A DNA stretch of 63,530 bases, filler included, from Sphacelaria rigidula (GCA_964200075.2; 9 parts of 9 records of this genome joined end to end with filler, not necessarily neighbours in it), one strand, 5' to 3'; shown: positions 33,617 through 48,204, counted from the whole stretch's first letter. The notes: a model not told the origin generated them from the letters alone. Made by a program: numbers and translations.

Positions 33617-35138
33617 CTGCGAACAGAGGAGTCGCTGACAAGAATGTTCGAGTTCGTGGTCGGTCAATTCGCGGTTGGGTAGCAGGGGCACAGAAGTGGT
33701 GTGTTGGCGAAATGGGCATAGCTCATCGCAATGGTGCGTCAGATTGGAGGTGCTGGAGAGTCTATCTGATCGATCCGCGTTGCTTTTGTGTGATCAACAC
33801 GACAGCAGTAATGTTCGAACAAGACCCGCGCCCCCGTCCGTACTTCGGCATCCGCTGCTGTTTCGAACCGTGATGTATTATGGTGATTCGTAGTAGACGG
33901 AGCAGAGGATAGGATTGGTTTCTGCCGTTGTGCGGGCGGGTTACACAGTGACGTCGGCACACTTCACCCTACTGCAACCAAGGCGCAAGCGATCGTGCAT
34001 CAAGCCGGGTTGTTTTATAGTCTGTTATTTCGAAGCCCGTGAGACGTATTTTGTTTTAAAACTAGCTTGGCAATTTCCGTTTCATTGTTATTTCCTACTG
34101 GTCCGTATTCACAGCATAGCACGGCACCCAGGGGTGCAGCACAGTACAGGCAAGGTCTTGCCAACAAACACATTCGCCGTCACACCGGCAACACCTATAA
34201 AACAGAGCCCGTACAAACACGCACAGACACCAGCAACGCGAGAGGGCGTCAGGTGCTAGTCCTTACCTCCATTCATGCACAAAGATATCTGCTTCGCGGC
34301 ACTCCGCTACATACGAATTGCCAAATCGTTGCGAAAAATGCAGTTGTTGACGGCACCAAGGGGTATTATTTGGGCATGTTTCACCCAATTCGTTGTACAT
34401 CCGTTTTTTGTTTTTACCGATCCGAACCATAATGAAGACACCCTACTCAGTCAGCGATTTAAGAGCTACTGATTGAACTCTGCTTTGTCGAACGTGGGGC
34501 CGTGGGCCTCGAAAGAGGGGTGCGTAGTTACGTCTTGGCTCTCTCGTCACATTTCTATATGATTTATCGTGTGGTCCGTGCGTATATTCCCCTACAAGGA
34601 CCAAACGATTTGCCCGTCGTCGGCAATATTTTCCCGACAAGTCCAGAAGACGTGTTGCAAACCACCTTTAAACGAGAAAAGAAATTCCTAGAGGAAGCGA
34701 TACCGCAGCGAACAACCATTGTGGATTTTGAAAATAGTGCTCTGTGAAAAGTGCCACATTTAGTTCCGTTGAGACATGCTAGGTACAGCTGGTGTGTCCA
34801 GTGGCATAAGATCACACGTCTTTTGCAGGGGATTATCTATTGTCTAGTGATTCGCCAAGACATGGGGCATATCGGCTGCGGTTTGCTCTCACACGAGCTT
34901 TCTGATTTTTGGTGGTCTGCGGCTGCTTGAGAATCTTGACAGGGAACGCTAAGGTGGGAACATTGATGTCCTCGTCATCGTACCACTGCGTATACCTACA
35001 AGTAGTCATCACGCATTGTCCGAACAACCGCATTGAGCATTTGACGAGGTTTGAGTCGCCAGGATCCTCGTTCCCTCCTGCATCAGCGAAATATTTTCGC
35101 CTCTTTTAGATTCTGGAGATTCCCCCTCCCCAAAGCAG

Positions 35139-35253
35139 CCTTTTCAAAACAGGAGACGAGGTTGGCCCAGGAAACTATAGAGGGATAACGCTACTGAGCA
35201 CGGTAAGGAAATCGTTCTGTAAGTTTCTGAACGATAGAGTAGGAACGATGCTA
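35139..35253 (+). mobile_element. LINE RT N-terminal fragment cut by the contig edge
   Basis: LFKTGDEVGPGNYRGITLLSTVRKSFCKFLNDR matches the K.GD...NYR.I.LL...K motif. Confidence 0.85.
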
Positions 35254-35353
35254 NNNNNNNNNNNNNNNNNNNNNNNNNNNNNNNNNNNNNNNNNNNNTTA
35301 ATTAATTAANNNNNNNNNNNNNNNNNNNNNNNNNNNNNNNNNNNNNNNNNNNN

Positions 35354-38250
35354 AGAGGCACCTTGAACATCATCTTCTGTCTACACTCCAAAGCAGCTTG
35401 TCTGCTTGCTTGGCTTAAGTGCCATTGCGCCAACTCTAGCGATCACGTCAAAGGGTTCATCGCGACACTTTTCTAACGCCCATTCCATACGTTTCCGGGA
35501 TAGATCTGGTGTTGTCGTCCTGGCTGATCTTGAGCGTACTGCTCTTGCCATCCCGGGTGACTCTCATTCCGAGTACAGGTGAATAATCTCTCATGTCGGT
35601 CATTTTACACCGAACGATTAGTTTGTCCTTTAGCGTCTCGACCACTGCTGTATCCCCTCTGCCGAGAAACACATCGTCCACGTAACGGATGAAAAGCGCC
35701 ACAACCTTCCTACTCCCGAGAGCTGTGGTGACGGTTTTGCCATGGGAATCACTGGTTCTAATGTCGTCGTTGTCGGTGAAGGCGTAAATGCACACATCTG
35801 AGGCGAGAGAGGTAAACCTGATTCATTCCATGAAGTTGTGCTCGATGTTCCACCAGTTGAGTGACGACTAGCGAAGGCCATACAATGACCTTCGGAGCTT
35901 CGTAACAAGAGGAACTCCCGTGGCGGGGTCGTTCTCTTCATAGTCCGGGGCCATCTTGACGTAACCTTCCTCATCAACGGGTGCGTTGAGAAATACCGGC
36001 TGCACGTCCAGCTGCCAGATTTCCCAGTCCATCTCCGCAGCTGCTGCAAGTACTATGCGGATACTTTTAGGTCTGTATATGAGTGTGAAGGTGCCGCACA
36101 AGTGGATGCCCGGCACTTGTCCCCAACCCTTCACGACGAGTCTTCCCTTGTATGTAATGTCGGCTTTCACCTTGTACACCCACCGAGACCCGATAGCCTT
36201 CATCCAGGCAGTAGTCACTGTAATCACTACGAGCGAGAACACATTACTCGAACAAAGACTTTCCACCTCCTTGTCCGATGCCGTCTTCCAGTGCTTCGCC
36301 TCTGGGAGCCGCATTGCCTCTCGGAAGGTGTTCGGCACTATGACCAATTCCTCCCCCTCCGAACAACTTCGAATCTGGGTATTTATGGCAAAGTATGCAT
36401 GTTCTAGAAAAAAAACTTGTTCCTCGCCAGCAATATTCCGCAAAGTTTCCTTGACGTAGGAGTAGGCCAAAGGATTTTTGCGCTCCATCTCGCGGGATCA
36501 AGCGCTTCCCGTGCCCGCGCCGAGGCCACGTCTACCGGGACTTGCGGGTTAGCCCGCGTGCTGACACGCGAAGAACCCGCTGTAGGTGGCGGCGCCGTAG
36601 GCCGGGGTGAAGATGCAGCGAATCCCCCTCCTAGCTAGGCTCCAGTAGTTCCCCTTCCTGATGAAGATCTGACGAAGTCGTTAACACGGTCCGTTGTTTC
36701 GCCTAGATCTCCGAGCCGTTCAAAAACGTCCACCTTTCGAAGAGTTTCCAGGCTCTTGGGGCCGACGTGATCAGGTCGGCGATGCCGGATGTTCGCGCTG
36801 GCGGCGACGTGCATAGTCATCCCAGGTCGCTGCTCCGCGTAGTCGCTCAGGTGCATGCGGAACATGTAGAGGTCTTTATCATGTTTCGATTGTTCCAGGG
36901 CAAGCACGAACGATGCAGTTTCCAGTCGGGAGTGATGTTGATCGAGGGCGGTGATGATGTCCGTATTGGTTGCCACTTCCACGGAGAACAGATGGCGCCT
37001 GAGCCCGGGGACGACGGCGAAAAAGATAGCGACGTGGTGCGGTTTCTCATCTCTGTCGGTGACCGTACCACGAGTGATGACAGATGCAACTGCTTCTTCT
37101 TCATTAATTTCCCCTGTTTCAACTTTGAATGGCTTGTCAAGGGCCGTGTACCCACTCGCCCCAGCCAAAATGCCCGATTCCAGGCTGGTGTCGAGGTATT
37201 GTCCGAACGCGGCACTGTCTACCAGACAAGTAACGGATTCGTTGTTGTTAGTTATCCTAGTCGTTGGTGCCGCCGCCATGACAGCTGCTTCACCACCCCT
37301 ACCGAAGGCATTGAAGAGGCCGAATGTGTCCTCTGAGAGTCCAGCATGCTGTGGTGGGATCGACGTACCGAAGGAAACCACTGGAGGAGCCGACTCCGCC
37401 AGCACAGGTGGCTGCGATCCTCCGACTGTTGTGAACGAACTACAGCTTGCAATTTACGCTGCGGCGGGCGAGGAAATGAACGGCTCTGGAGTGCATACAT
37501 TTGCGATGTTGGCACTCCCACTCGCTGCTGCCTTCTTCTTCAGCGCCTTGCACTCAGTGTCGCCATGGGTTGTTGTCCTATGATACGAGCACCACTTGGA
37601 TGCTTCGTTGCGTTCCTTCTTCCTGTCTGATTCTCCACCTCTCAATCTCGGATGCCTCGGCCGTGTTCGGCTTCGCTGGGTGTTCGGGTATTCATGTTAG
37701 TAGTGTCCGAACCCTTCGCAAAGGTAACACTGGACACCGGGAGTCGCAGCCTGCGTGGCCGCTCTTGGTCCTTACACGTTTGATGCCTTGCACATTGTGA
37801 CGCGAATGTCGTCGTGGCCGACGGCGCGCTCGATGTAGCATTTTGTGCGTACGAAATCGTACTCCAGGGTAATTGCAATGACGATAACGTCCTCGTAGTG
37901 GTCGTCGTGCATCTTATCCCAAACCCCTCAATGCTCGACGCGTAAGTACGAAGTCCCTGACTGTGCCGCCTTCCTGCGCGCACAGGTGGTCCCTGTAACT
38001 TGTACAATGTGCCGTCTCGATTCCAGGTGCGTAGAGTACAATCCGCGGTTGACTCAACTCACTTGTAGTGTCGGTGTTGTCCCAGGCATCCTGCCCCTTC
38101 GTAGAGCACTGAAAAATTGGTCGAAGACGTCTCCTCGAAAAGGTCTCCTTCGGAAGCTCTTCGTATTGGCGCCTCGCGGACAATCAGGGCTCATGAACCT
38201 GTTGAGGAATATGTTACTCGGGGAGGCCGTTGTACTCCTTTTGGCAGGTG
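35354..38250 (-). mobile_element. Degraded, internally deleted Ty1/copia retrotransposon
   Basis: RT 35457-36340 (PNTFREAM, SRWVYKVK, KGRLVVKGWGQ, QLDV..FLN, RRSLYGLR, YVDD). Protease-like CLVDSAA ~37220. Pre-integrase HRRPDH ~36775. Gag knuckle WCSYHRTTTHGDTEC ~37570. No integrase core. The gag-side boundary is approximate. Confidence 0.92.
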
Positions 38251-38523
38251 ACTGCAGAGATTGACGCAGACAGCTTATGCTCACCTTGTCCCAGAAGTGA
38301 ACACCGCAGGTGTCTGGACACGAATGTATATGTATATATATATTACTTCGTACTTATCCATGTAGTAGATCCCAAACAAATAGACGGAGTGTCCCATACG
38401 GGAATAATTGAAGACGAGAAGTGAGGAAGAAAATTGGAGAAGAGTAAGACCAAATCTGGGGTGTTCAGATCTCGATGCGAGACATTTTTAAAGACCCTCG
38501 GACCAGCCCCTCTAAAGACCGCG

Positions 38524-38574
38524 ACCCTGATCCTAAGCCTAACCCTTACCCTAATCCCATCCCAAACCCTGACC
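38524..38574. repeat. Degenerate interstitial (CCCTAA)n-like tract
   Basis: accctgatcctaagcctaacccttaccctaatcccatcccaaaccctgacc. Confidence 0.7.
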
Positions 38575-38989
38575 ATCAGGGTGTTCAAACTCCGATGCTG
38601 TCCAAAACCCGCGCATTTCTCCCACGCGGTACACTAACTAGTCTGAATCAGCACCATCCCGACAACATTGTGGCAGGAGCTCCAGTGGCAGGCGGCAACA
38701 GACGTGCAAGCTTGAAGCGCGACTTTGCGGGGAATGACGTGCGCGGGACCCGCTGATCCCCGTGCAGGATGAACAAAGCAAGAACTGGAGCAGGCGGGAG
38801 GGAGTTTGGAGACAGAGAGTAGCCCACGAGTGGTGGGTCAGACACCAAGAGAAAATTGGGCACAGAGAGAAGAGAGAAATGAAGGGTGGTAGGGCGAATA
38901 GCAAAGTACATGCTCACTTTTGATCGTTCCGGTGGCGGAGCGGTGTATCGATCCAATGAGCTGGCGGTCGCCACCTCGAATGTACGCAC

Positions 38990-41900
38990 CATGACTGAGA
39001 GGGGAACCCACCATGAAGGTCACACGTAGGACCTTTTGTCTTTTTATTGCCTGCAACTGCGACTGTGCTTTCATCACCCTGCAAGATAATCGTCGCGATC
39101 GAAGAGGAACCTTCAGTGCGCCAGCTGCGGGGTATATCATCGACAGCAGTGGTCACTGTATTGGGAACGTAAACCAACCGGGGACGGTGGGAGTTGTCCT
39201 GGCCATCAGGAGTCTATCGCCAGTACGCTCGGCCCACAAGGCAACGTCCCCAAGGACGTCAGGGCGAGGATGCTGAAGGTGCGAGTAGGTTTCAGACAGA
39301 GTCACCACGACGGTCATCGTGGGGTACTCTCCTACTAAAACAGTGGCCATACCCAACAAGACTCAGTTCTGCAAGATACTTAATAGCTTCGTTGGCAAAG
39401 TGCCCACCAAAGAGCCCCTAATGCTCATGGTGCATTCCAACGCTCGTACCGGAAGGAGGAGGCCTGGGAAATGGTAGGGTTTCGAATATGACAGAGACAT
39501 CCTCATGACAGTGGCTTGGGACTACGGACATGCGCTGCGGGATATAAAATGGGTACCACCGACACGTGTTTTAGCAACCAAGTAGGGTCGAAAGCTCAGT
39601 CGCGTACACATATGAGAGGCCGAAGAAAGAAGACCGCTTGCGCAATCGATTATATCCTGGTGCGTCAACAAGACCAAAATCTCGTCCGAAACGTCCCTGT
39701 GCACCCCAAGATGAAATCGGACCGTCAACCAGTCCCAAACTACATCTGCCTCCTCAGACCGCGCGCACCCAACCGCCGGCCGAAACCGGGGTGCAGAAGC
39801 GGTGGTGTGCGTTTAGTCCTCACATCCAAAAGGCGTTCGATATCGATTGTATCCCAGGCCGTGGTCGTCAAGCTCTTGGGTGCCACCAACCTCACCGCAT
39901 TCCTGGACGTCGAGAATATAATCTCTGTCTTCGTCAACGCCCTGCGAAAGATGGTTGCGGATATACTCCCTCGATGCCCGGAGCATTTCCCACCTTTAGT
40001 TTTCAGTGAGCCATTGCACAGGCTCAGGAACACCTGCAGTGGGCGTATGACGAAAGGGAGTGTGCACGGCAGAACCTACGCGCCAGCTCCAACAATCTTG
40101 GCCGGGGAATTGCGCTGAAGATGACAAACAAGCCGTTCGAGCGGGCGAAGTAAGCTGAAATGCAGAACTGTGTACACGAGTCCATCGCCAATAACCATGC
40201 AGGTCAGTCCCGATACACCATGTCCTTGGAATCGGAATGGAACAGTTAGTGTGGCTAAACCCACATAAGCAGCGCCGCCGGTGAGTTGTTGCGGGACAAG
40301 CAAGCTATCCTGTAGCGGTAGCAAGAGAGGTCTGAAACTCGTCACGAATTTTCGCCTGTGTTCGACCCCTCAGCCATCGGTTTCATCGAACAGATGCCAG
40401 AACACGCAACGCTGGCGGCCGAGCCCTCGATCAAAGAAGTGATTGACGCAGTGGGCAGACTGGTGAACGGGACGGCCGATGAAACACACAACCTTCGTGG
40501 CAAACGTTTGAAGCTCGGCCTGACCGAGGACTCCGCCACACTCAAGTACTTTCCCAAGTTCCGTTGGAACAGACAATTCCTGAGGCAAGCGTTTGAAGCT
40601 CGGGCTCACGGAGGATTCAGCCATACTGAAGTACTTTCAAAAATGCATGCTCGAAGTGTGGCGTCACGAACTAGTACTACTCCAGGAAAAGAAAAACACT
40701 ATCATCAACGTCCTCTTGAAGGAATAGGACTTGCACAAATGTGCCAGCTACCGTCCGCCGTACTTCACTGGGGGCCCACGCGGTTAAGGTGGTTCTCAAG
40801 ATCGTTGCGACACGCTTCAGCGCATACTGCGAGATCAAGAGAATCGTCTCCCAGAACCTCGTTGCGACTTCCGGCCCGGCCGGTCGACGGTCGACATGAT
40901 ATACGCTGTGCGTAGACTCCATAAATTGGTCAATGAGAAGAAGCTTTTACGATACAAGGAGAACAACCTTCAGAAGGCAGACGACTCAGTCAATCGCTCT
41001 TTTGTCTGGAGTATGCTAGCACGACACGTTATCCCCGCCAAGTTTATGTCCATTTTCCACCAGTTCCACGACGGCATATGGGCGTGCGTACACTTCATCA
41101 TCGGCGGGACGTCTGGGTGGTTTGACGCTCACCAGGCCTCCGCCAAGGCTGTGTGATTGCCCCCGGTTTGTTCAGCATCTTCTTCCCGGCAGTTGGCATC
41201 GTCTCGCGATCCCAACTACGCCTGGCCTAAGCGATGGCGGCCATTTTCGGAGTGTTTGCGGCGATCGGTCTCGTCGTGGCGGAAAAGAGGGCGGAAAACG
41301 TGCACAAGAGCTTCCCAAACATGAAGATGGAATTGGTCGACGTGAAGGCGGTATGTCAAAGGTGCAAGCAAGTTGAATCTATTACCTTTTTCGGCGCAAG
41401 AATCAGCAGCATAAGCGATGTCATTCCTGAGGTCAACAGTCACATTGGCAATGCCTTGATCAACACGTACGGCACATCGGTATACGACAACCGTACATCG
41501 TCAAGGCCGCCAAGGGTCCTCTCCTAGAGGCCGAGGACATGAAGGGAATCCTGCACGGCTGCGTGACGTGGCCGATCGCGAAAAACAATCCGGCACGTTT
41601 CGGTGTATCCACCGCAAGGTTTCCCTGAGGTGCCTCAACGAGTTTCGCTACACCCGCAGCGCTCCCGACTACCATATGCTGCTATATCACGAGATTCTAA
41701 AAAACACTGGCTGCGAGTACATCGAGGCTCCAGCGATGATGTGGATTTTTTTCGAGCCGACCACGGGTGCATGCACGACGAATGTCTCTCCACCATCAAC
41801 ATGCGTGGAGAAGAGGTCGGAGGGGAAAGGACGGCAGGCCGACCACCGAGACGCCTACATCGCAATATCACAGAGTACTGCTCCGACTTCGGAAAAAAAG

Positions 41901-41990
41901 CGACATCGTGGACGCAGGGTGCCAAAGACGTTTCCGAACGGTGCTAGATCGTAGAGGAAGGGGTTAATGTGTTGATGACAGTCTGGACCA
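38990..41990 (+). mobile_element. Degraded near-full-length RTE-like LINE (APE endonuclease + RT)
   Basis: APE remnants LQDNRR, VVGYSPT, HSNARTG, IDYILVR..KSDR. RT remnants KVVLKIVATR, LQKADDSVNRSFVWSMLARHVIPAKFMSIFHQFHDG, GLRQGCVIAP, GLVVAEK. Numerous frameshifts. Confidence 0.9.
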
Positions 41991-42659
41991 AGGCGCGATA
42001 TACTAAAGAACTAAAGAATCGTTTGCTGTGTTTTCATCACTATGATATATTTTCCTGATGTCTATGTAAGGTCTCCGAAACGTGAGGGGTGGCCGGTAGC
42101 GTAGTACACTCGCTAAATCGTCTCCCGTCTTCCTTAGAACGTTTGTGCTTTTCTCTGTATGTACCCGAGGATGTGGCGAATATTTCGTACGCGGATTTAC
42201 TGTATATCGTCTTGATATCAGTATCCCGAAAGGGATGAAGAAGCGCAAAATTCAGAGTCATCCTACGATAGGAGGGGGGGTATTTGGTTGCACAAAAAAG
42301 AGGCTCATAAGTGTGTCAGACATNNNNNNNNNNNNNNNNNNNNNNNNNNNNNNNNNNNNNNNNNNNNTTAATTAATTAANNNNNNNNNNNNNNNNNNNNN
42401 NNNNNNNNNNNNNNNNNNNNNNNAAAAAAGCGCGCCGGGGGGCCCCCCCGAGAGCCCCGGGGGGGGGGGGGGGGCGCATGTCGCCTTCGGCTCCCGCCTG
42501 CGGAGTTTTTGTAACCCTGTATCTCGTATATATAGTGCCACCACTATCATACACGCGATGCAGATACAGTACATGACGCTATGAACAATTGACCGTCTAC
42601 ACTGACAAAATTCAACATGCGATACAGCTTTGGCAGAGAGGATTGTATGCCACATGCAC

Positions 42660-43546
42660 CGTTGAACAGAAGAGTTGCTGTCCGCACGTTGAATGTATGG
42701 CTGGCAGTCTCCCGCGTCGCCCCCAGCGCAGTAGCTGATGGTCACAGCCACCGCTGGTGCGGGTGTTTTGAATATTTTTTCTGCTTCGATGCCAATCGTG
42801 TTCCCAAACGGGTTGTAGGCTTGTCCGTGTCGCTCAGCTAAAGAGCCATCTTGGCCGCTGGCGTACACCGACACAAGGGAAAAACGCATGCTTCACATCG
42901 CACGAAGCGCTGCATATTGCCAAGTGTCGGTTGTGTTCGCCGACTTTCTTAGCAGGTTCTAATGCAATGCTAGCTCAAATATCTCGTATCTCAAGGAATA
43001 GCGCGCATGATTGCACCTATCCTGTGGGGCACATGCTAGAGCCGTACTATTATATTCGAACAAAAATAGCGGGTCGTGACAAAAAAAACTTGAAAGGTCT
43101 GGCCCATCTACACGTTTGGTTGCCACGCCTGAAACTTTCGTGTTCGATGTTCGACACATCCAGGCACCCTCAAGTGGGAACCTGCTTCCCGGGACCAAGT
43201 GCAACGGCACTTTCCCTGTTACTGCGGCAGTCTAGTAGACCAGTCTCCATATATCGCTTGGAAGCCCCCCGCTAGGTAAGGCCGTTGTACTGGTGTCTGT
43301 GCCTCGATTTACTAGCTGCGCGTCGATACAGCCATGATTTGCACAGAAAGAACAAAAATCACATTTTGTGGACCATTCACGTGCCCCCATACCATTCAAG
43401 TAACATCTCCCAACACTCACAATCGCACTAGGCGTGAGGATGCATGGTTGCATGTCCACGGTTACGGTAGCGGCGCGCGCCTGCTGCTCCCCGAGAAGGC
43501 ACATGGCTGCCGTGCTCAAAACTCCAATCCCCGGATGCAAGCGCAT
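42660..43546 (-). CDS. Possible 5' exons of an unidentified, possibly secreted protein
   Basis: MRLHPGIGVLSTAAMCLLGEQQARAATVTVDMQPCILTPSAI|gtgagt (signal-peptide-like), plus an AG/GT-bounded open segment ~42660-42857 (GQDGSLAERHGQAYNPFGNTIG..). Phases could not be reconciled. Confidence 0.3.
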
Positions 43547-46500
43547 TCTTGTCTTCAACCAACTATCTCCGGTTCAACGGTTGCTGAAACACTTGCACTT
43601 TATACCGAGTGCTGGTCCGGTCTACCGATCTGCAAATACCGCCCACGTGTTTCAAGCGAAGCACCGTGTGATTCCAGAGTAACAAGAACGGCGATCACGC
43701 GCAACGAGGCACGGGCCGGCGTGAGCCTAGATAATAATACCTGTACGCGAGAGAGCCCTGCTTCTATCCTGGCTGAGTGCAACCAAAAAGAGAACAGGAG
43801 ACGAACTACAACAGGTATGTCAAACTCGCGATTTCCGGTATATCGAACAGTAATTCACTGTGGAAGGTACCCGAAATCTCTCTTTGAAATACAGTATCTC
43901 TAATAACCCGAACTGGTTCGACAACTCCATGGTTGGACGAATCGTAGTTACCGTCCAAACTATGGCATTTGGATCTTTGAGCGGTTGACAGCGCCGCGCA
44001 CTCGCCGGCCTACTGCTGCGAAGGCAAGGCTTGTGCCCGGTGCAGTTGGCGCCTACAACGCTAATTTTACATTTACAAGAGCATACTTTGCCAATACCAT
44101 CCATCTAGATATCGATACCTCACTCGCCTGGGGGTTCTCGGTATGCCTCCGGTTGAGGTTTTAAGGCTAGGTGTATGGCTTGATACCTCCTCTTCCGAAG
44201 CGGAGGAACAAATACAGTGCGGCCCATCAAATTGTGTTCTTGGTTGCAACGTGTGTATCGCAACGTACAGGTAGTTCGGAGGATGGTGTATCTTTCTAGA
44301 CATGATCAATTTTCTTGTGGGTGTCCATCGACATCTAGTCTTGATGATCCCTCAAGGAGCAAAACGTGAGACCTATGGTTTGAGAATGACACACTTCGAC
44401 AGAAGGCGTCAGCGACTTCGGCGGGGGCCCAGTACCCACACAGTGCCTGCAGTACACGTCCCGCTTATCGGGCTGTGTGATATCTGCAAAACAAGTCGAT
44501 CATACTCGTACAGGTATGTATGGTGATGGAGTACTGTGTACTGTCTGTCCCCCTTCATAGCTCACATATCGATCCGATACATTTTAATGAAGCAAGGGGT
44601 GCGTCAAAATCAACCAGAAACCCGTCTAACAAACGTACCTCGTTCAAGCCGGTTTGGGTCTCAACTTAGAGTGATTCGATCAAACAAAAAATAACTTGTC
44701 AGTTAGATTCAAATATCAAGGGCTGTCTTGAACCCCTAAACAGCAAGAGTAGGTCATGTGTGGAATCGGCATCAGTTTAACTTTAAAAAAGTATGCATGG
44801 TACAGGCAGACTACCCTCGCGGTCCAAGGGTTAAAACCTGATCCAATCAATACTTGAGCACCAGCGCCTGCTACAACAATATTCGGATTGCAGCGGCATG
44901 ATAACTGTTCGTATCCAGAGTACGAGTACGAGCTGGGCGAACTACGAACGGATCTGGCACTAAATCTGGATTTTGCCTCCGACAACCTTGTCGCTAGATT
45001 GAGTACGTGGCATTTGAGTGAGAACCCCAAGAAATGGAATTTTTTATTCATTTTCCCACTGGTGCTTCTTCGAGAACACTTTGCCGAGTCTGGAGCGGCT
45101 CGAATGAAAGCTCTTCTGGTGCGGTCTTCGCGGAGTGATCCTCAACAGACCACATCAAGAGCCAGACAGCAAGGGGCCACACAGATGAGGGTCATCAATT
45201 CAGGATCTCCTGTCCCCTGCAGCTGCTCCAATCATGCATGCGATGATACTGAACCCTACGGCTTGGTATCATTTGCCTACACATCATCATCACGAACGGT
45301 GCTGAACTATCCTTGTCTGTTGTCGTTGTACTCGTAGTGCGATGTGTGCACACGCGGCCATTCGGCTACCCCCATGAAATTTTTTCACCCTCTCGAGGGT
45401 AAAATACTCTCTGGAGGCAGGGGTACATCAGGATTGGAAATGACCAACCCAACCCCCTACGAACCGCATTTTTGGGGCCGTTTTCACCATAAAAACACGT
45501 GAATTTCTTCTTCATTCGTGTGTTGCCGCCATATGCCATGTTTGTCTTGAGGCGAGGTCTTAGAATGCCAAACAAGTTTGTGCACTGGGAGGCGACGTTT
45601 ACAGTTAACAGTGTTATTCCTTTTCAATATTATGGAGGCGTTATTTTTATAGATGAGGGGTCGAAAGGCCGCAGACCTGGCGCCTGATGATGCTGTAACC
45701 TGGGGTGTGTGTGGCTTGAAGCCGCAGGTTTATGTTGGCGCAGTAGTTGCGGCGATCCAAGGCGTTGTCAGCGCAGTGTGGCTTGAAACGATGATTTTGG
45801 ACGATGCTGAACTGGTTCCGAAAACTAGAACACTTTCTTATGATGGTTATAGAGGGTAACGATATGGAATCCATGCGGATCCAAGGGTACATGCTGTTAG
45901 GCTGTTATTGTTGCGTTGGCCCCCTGTCACTCGAGACTCACACCACGATGGAAAATGATCAATAATGAAGATTCTCCATGTGTTGCAGGCATATGCCGTC
46001 GAGGTTTAGGTGCCGTTGCGGGCAATTAGCGGCCGCGCAGAGTAACCAAACGAGACAGTGTGCACAGACAGGGAGCGCTGCGAACCCGCTCGGGCAGCGG
46101 GCAACATGTATCCCCTTACAGTGCCAGACTGTGCTGGCGCATGAATACAGCGGGGTGAGAATTACAGGGGAGGTTGCTGCACTCCTCTTCTACGACAATC
46201 AACCGGTTATTCTACGTCAGGGTGCTTCCACGTGAAGAGATTGGCTTTCCCCTCACATGCTCGGCATCGGCGTTTTGCGGACCTCACCTCATTTTCATTA
46301 GCTCTTACTATACAATTTCCGCTACCTCGACAGACATGTGTCAACAAGGGTGTACTGCACACAGTATCGCAAGTGTGAAGTATCGCGACAACATTTTGGG
46401 TACTGTTCGCAGTATATTTCTTCAGGTCAAATTCCATGGGGGAGCCGCACTGCGGAATACGGTGGTGATAAACAGGCAGCGTGGGTACTGTGTGAAGCAG

Positions 46501-48204
46501 ATCTGGCGCCAGTTTTGTACACCCCTACTCCCGGTGTGGTCACTGCATCACCATGGGCGTCTGTTCCGCAGTGAAAGCTCTTGTCACCGATATTTATCGC
46601 TCAGACCTTGCGTTAAGTGTTCAAGCCCATTTCGGCATTACGGTGATGGCACTGTAGCGTAACCGACTGTGGAGAAACATTTCAGGCAACGGCGGCGCAC
46701 GAGTATCGTGACCGCTTTATCCCGTCGCGCTTGGATACGGAGGGTAATAATACCGTTAATATAATGTAAAAGAAATCCAGCCGAGGTGCAGGCGTCATTT
46801 GCGTGGCCACTTCGGGATCGCCTTCCATCGCAGCATAAACACCCCGGCACGAGTGTACGGCTGCGAAGGCGGGGGGGAAACTTCAACTCTCTTCTTGTCA
46901 TGAACCCCCAATGCTCGGAACCCCATACTTGTGGCGATCAGTAATTTGAACACTGTCTGTCGACTAGTTTGCACTTGCACTCTCTGTTCAGCACGGGCCA
47001 TGTGTTTTTGTAGTTGTTGTTTTTGTCGATGCCTACCTTTGCCGAAATCTGCGCACTACTGTGCAGTGGGCATCCGATGCAGACGCCTTCCGTCGCCATA
47101 GACGAAGCACCTCGTATCAGCATCAAATGCAAGGAAAATATAGCACCAGACCCGGAAATATGCACTCAGATGCGAGACAGCAACAGCAAAAAGTCGGGGG
47201 GGAAAGAGTGGCAAAAATACGAGGAGAAGAGACAAGGGGGCAAAGATGGGATCGTCTACTCGTACGTGATTGATAGCAAGCCTTGCACACAGCGCGAGCA
47301 TACACACTGCAAAGTGCGATGGAGGTATTTCGTACGCCGCTATCCCTCGCGCCTGCCTCACAACCGCTCCGCGCAGTCGAAATGGACCGAAATAACTGTA
47401 TGCATCGCGCCATGCGGTGACTGATTCAGACTATAATAAGCTTTATCGTACAGCACCGCGCGAACAAACTTCATGACAGCGCTGTGCCTCGGCGCCATTC
47501 CGCGACACCGAAACCATCGCTGCTACCCGCCCCCCCTGCCACACAACCGCCAGCGTACCGTGCGGCCCGCAACTCCGGGCCCATTCACACCAACTACCCT
47601 TCTCTATCGTCGCAATTGCCACCGCTATACCATCCAACAATCAACCGCGCTCCACATTTGACGCTGGGATGGTGATACATCCTGCACAACCGTGAAGAAC
47701 ACTCGCCACTGGGTCTCAGCCATGAAATTCGTGCGACATCACTGGGGCACCGGCACTGCCGCAGCATTCGTCTATCGTCCCCGCCCTAAGACTGCACTTC
47801 CTCCCCTGAACCGACACGGCCGACCACCCTGCGGCGTCCTTCGTCCCATGGCCAAGGAATCACACGTTGCAAATGCCCGACGTGGATACCTGCACCAGTA
47901 CAGGTAAAAAGCGCGCACGGGAGTGGGATGGCGTGATCACTCCCGGTTATTATTCCAGCACCAAGTAGTTATGCCAGGCCTCACGTCAACTGCTGTAGAA
48001 TTGTTCTGCAACATATTTCAATCTTGGAAGAGTTCCCATGGGTTCCACGAGTGCCTGCCCTCTTCGTGATGCACGTTTCATCCGAACTTAGGATCGCGGG
48101 AGTTACCATGAATCTGGTGCGCTATCTGATGTGAAAATCATCACTGCGGGCAATATCGAACGCCTCCCGGGCTTCATCGAGAGAAGGGGTGGGGGGGGGG
48201 GGGG

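Noticed and set aside
33844..35000. 5' exons of the NOXRED1-like gene
   Set aside because: Several candidates exist (e.g. YTQWYDDEDINVPTLAF.., RSAAKQISLCMNG), but I could not build a phase-consistent chain into 33616.
38524..38574. True telomere
   Set aside because: The tract is short, degenerate and internal to the contig.
45653..45710. TPR exon (RKAADLAPDDAVTWG)
   Set aside because: Too short, with no supporting neighbouring exons; it could be chance.
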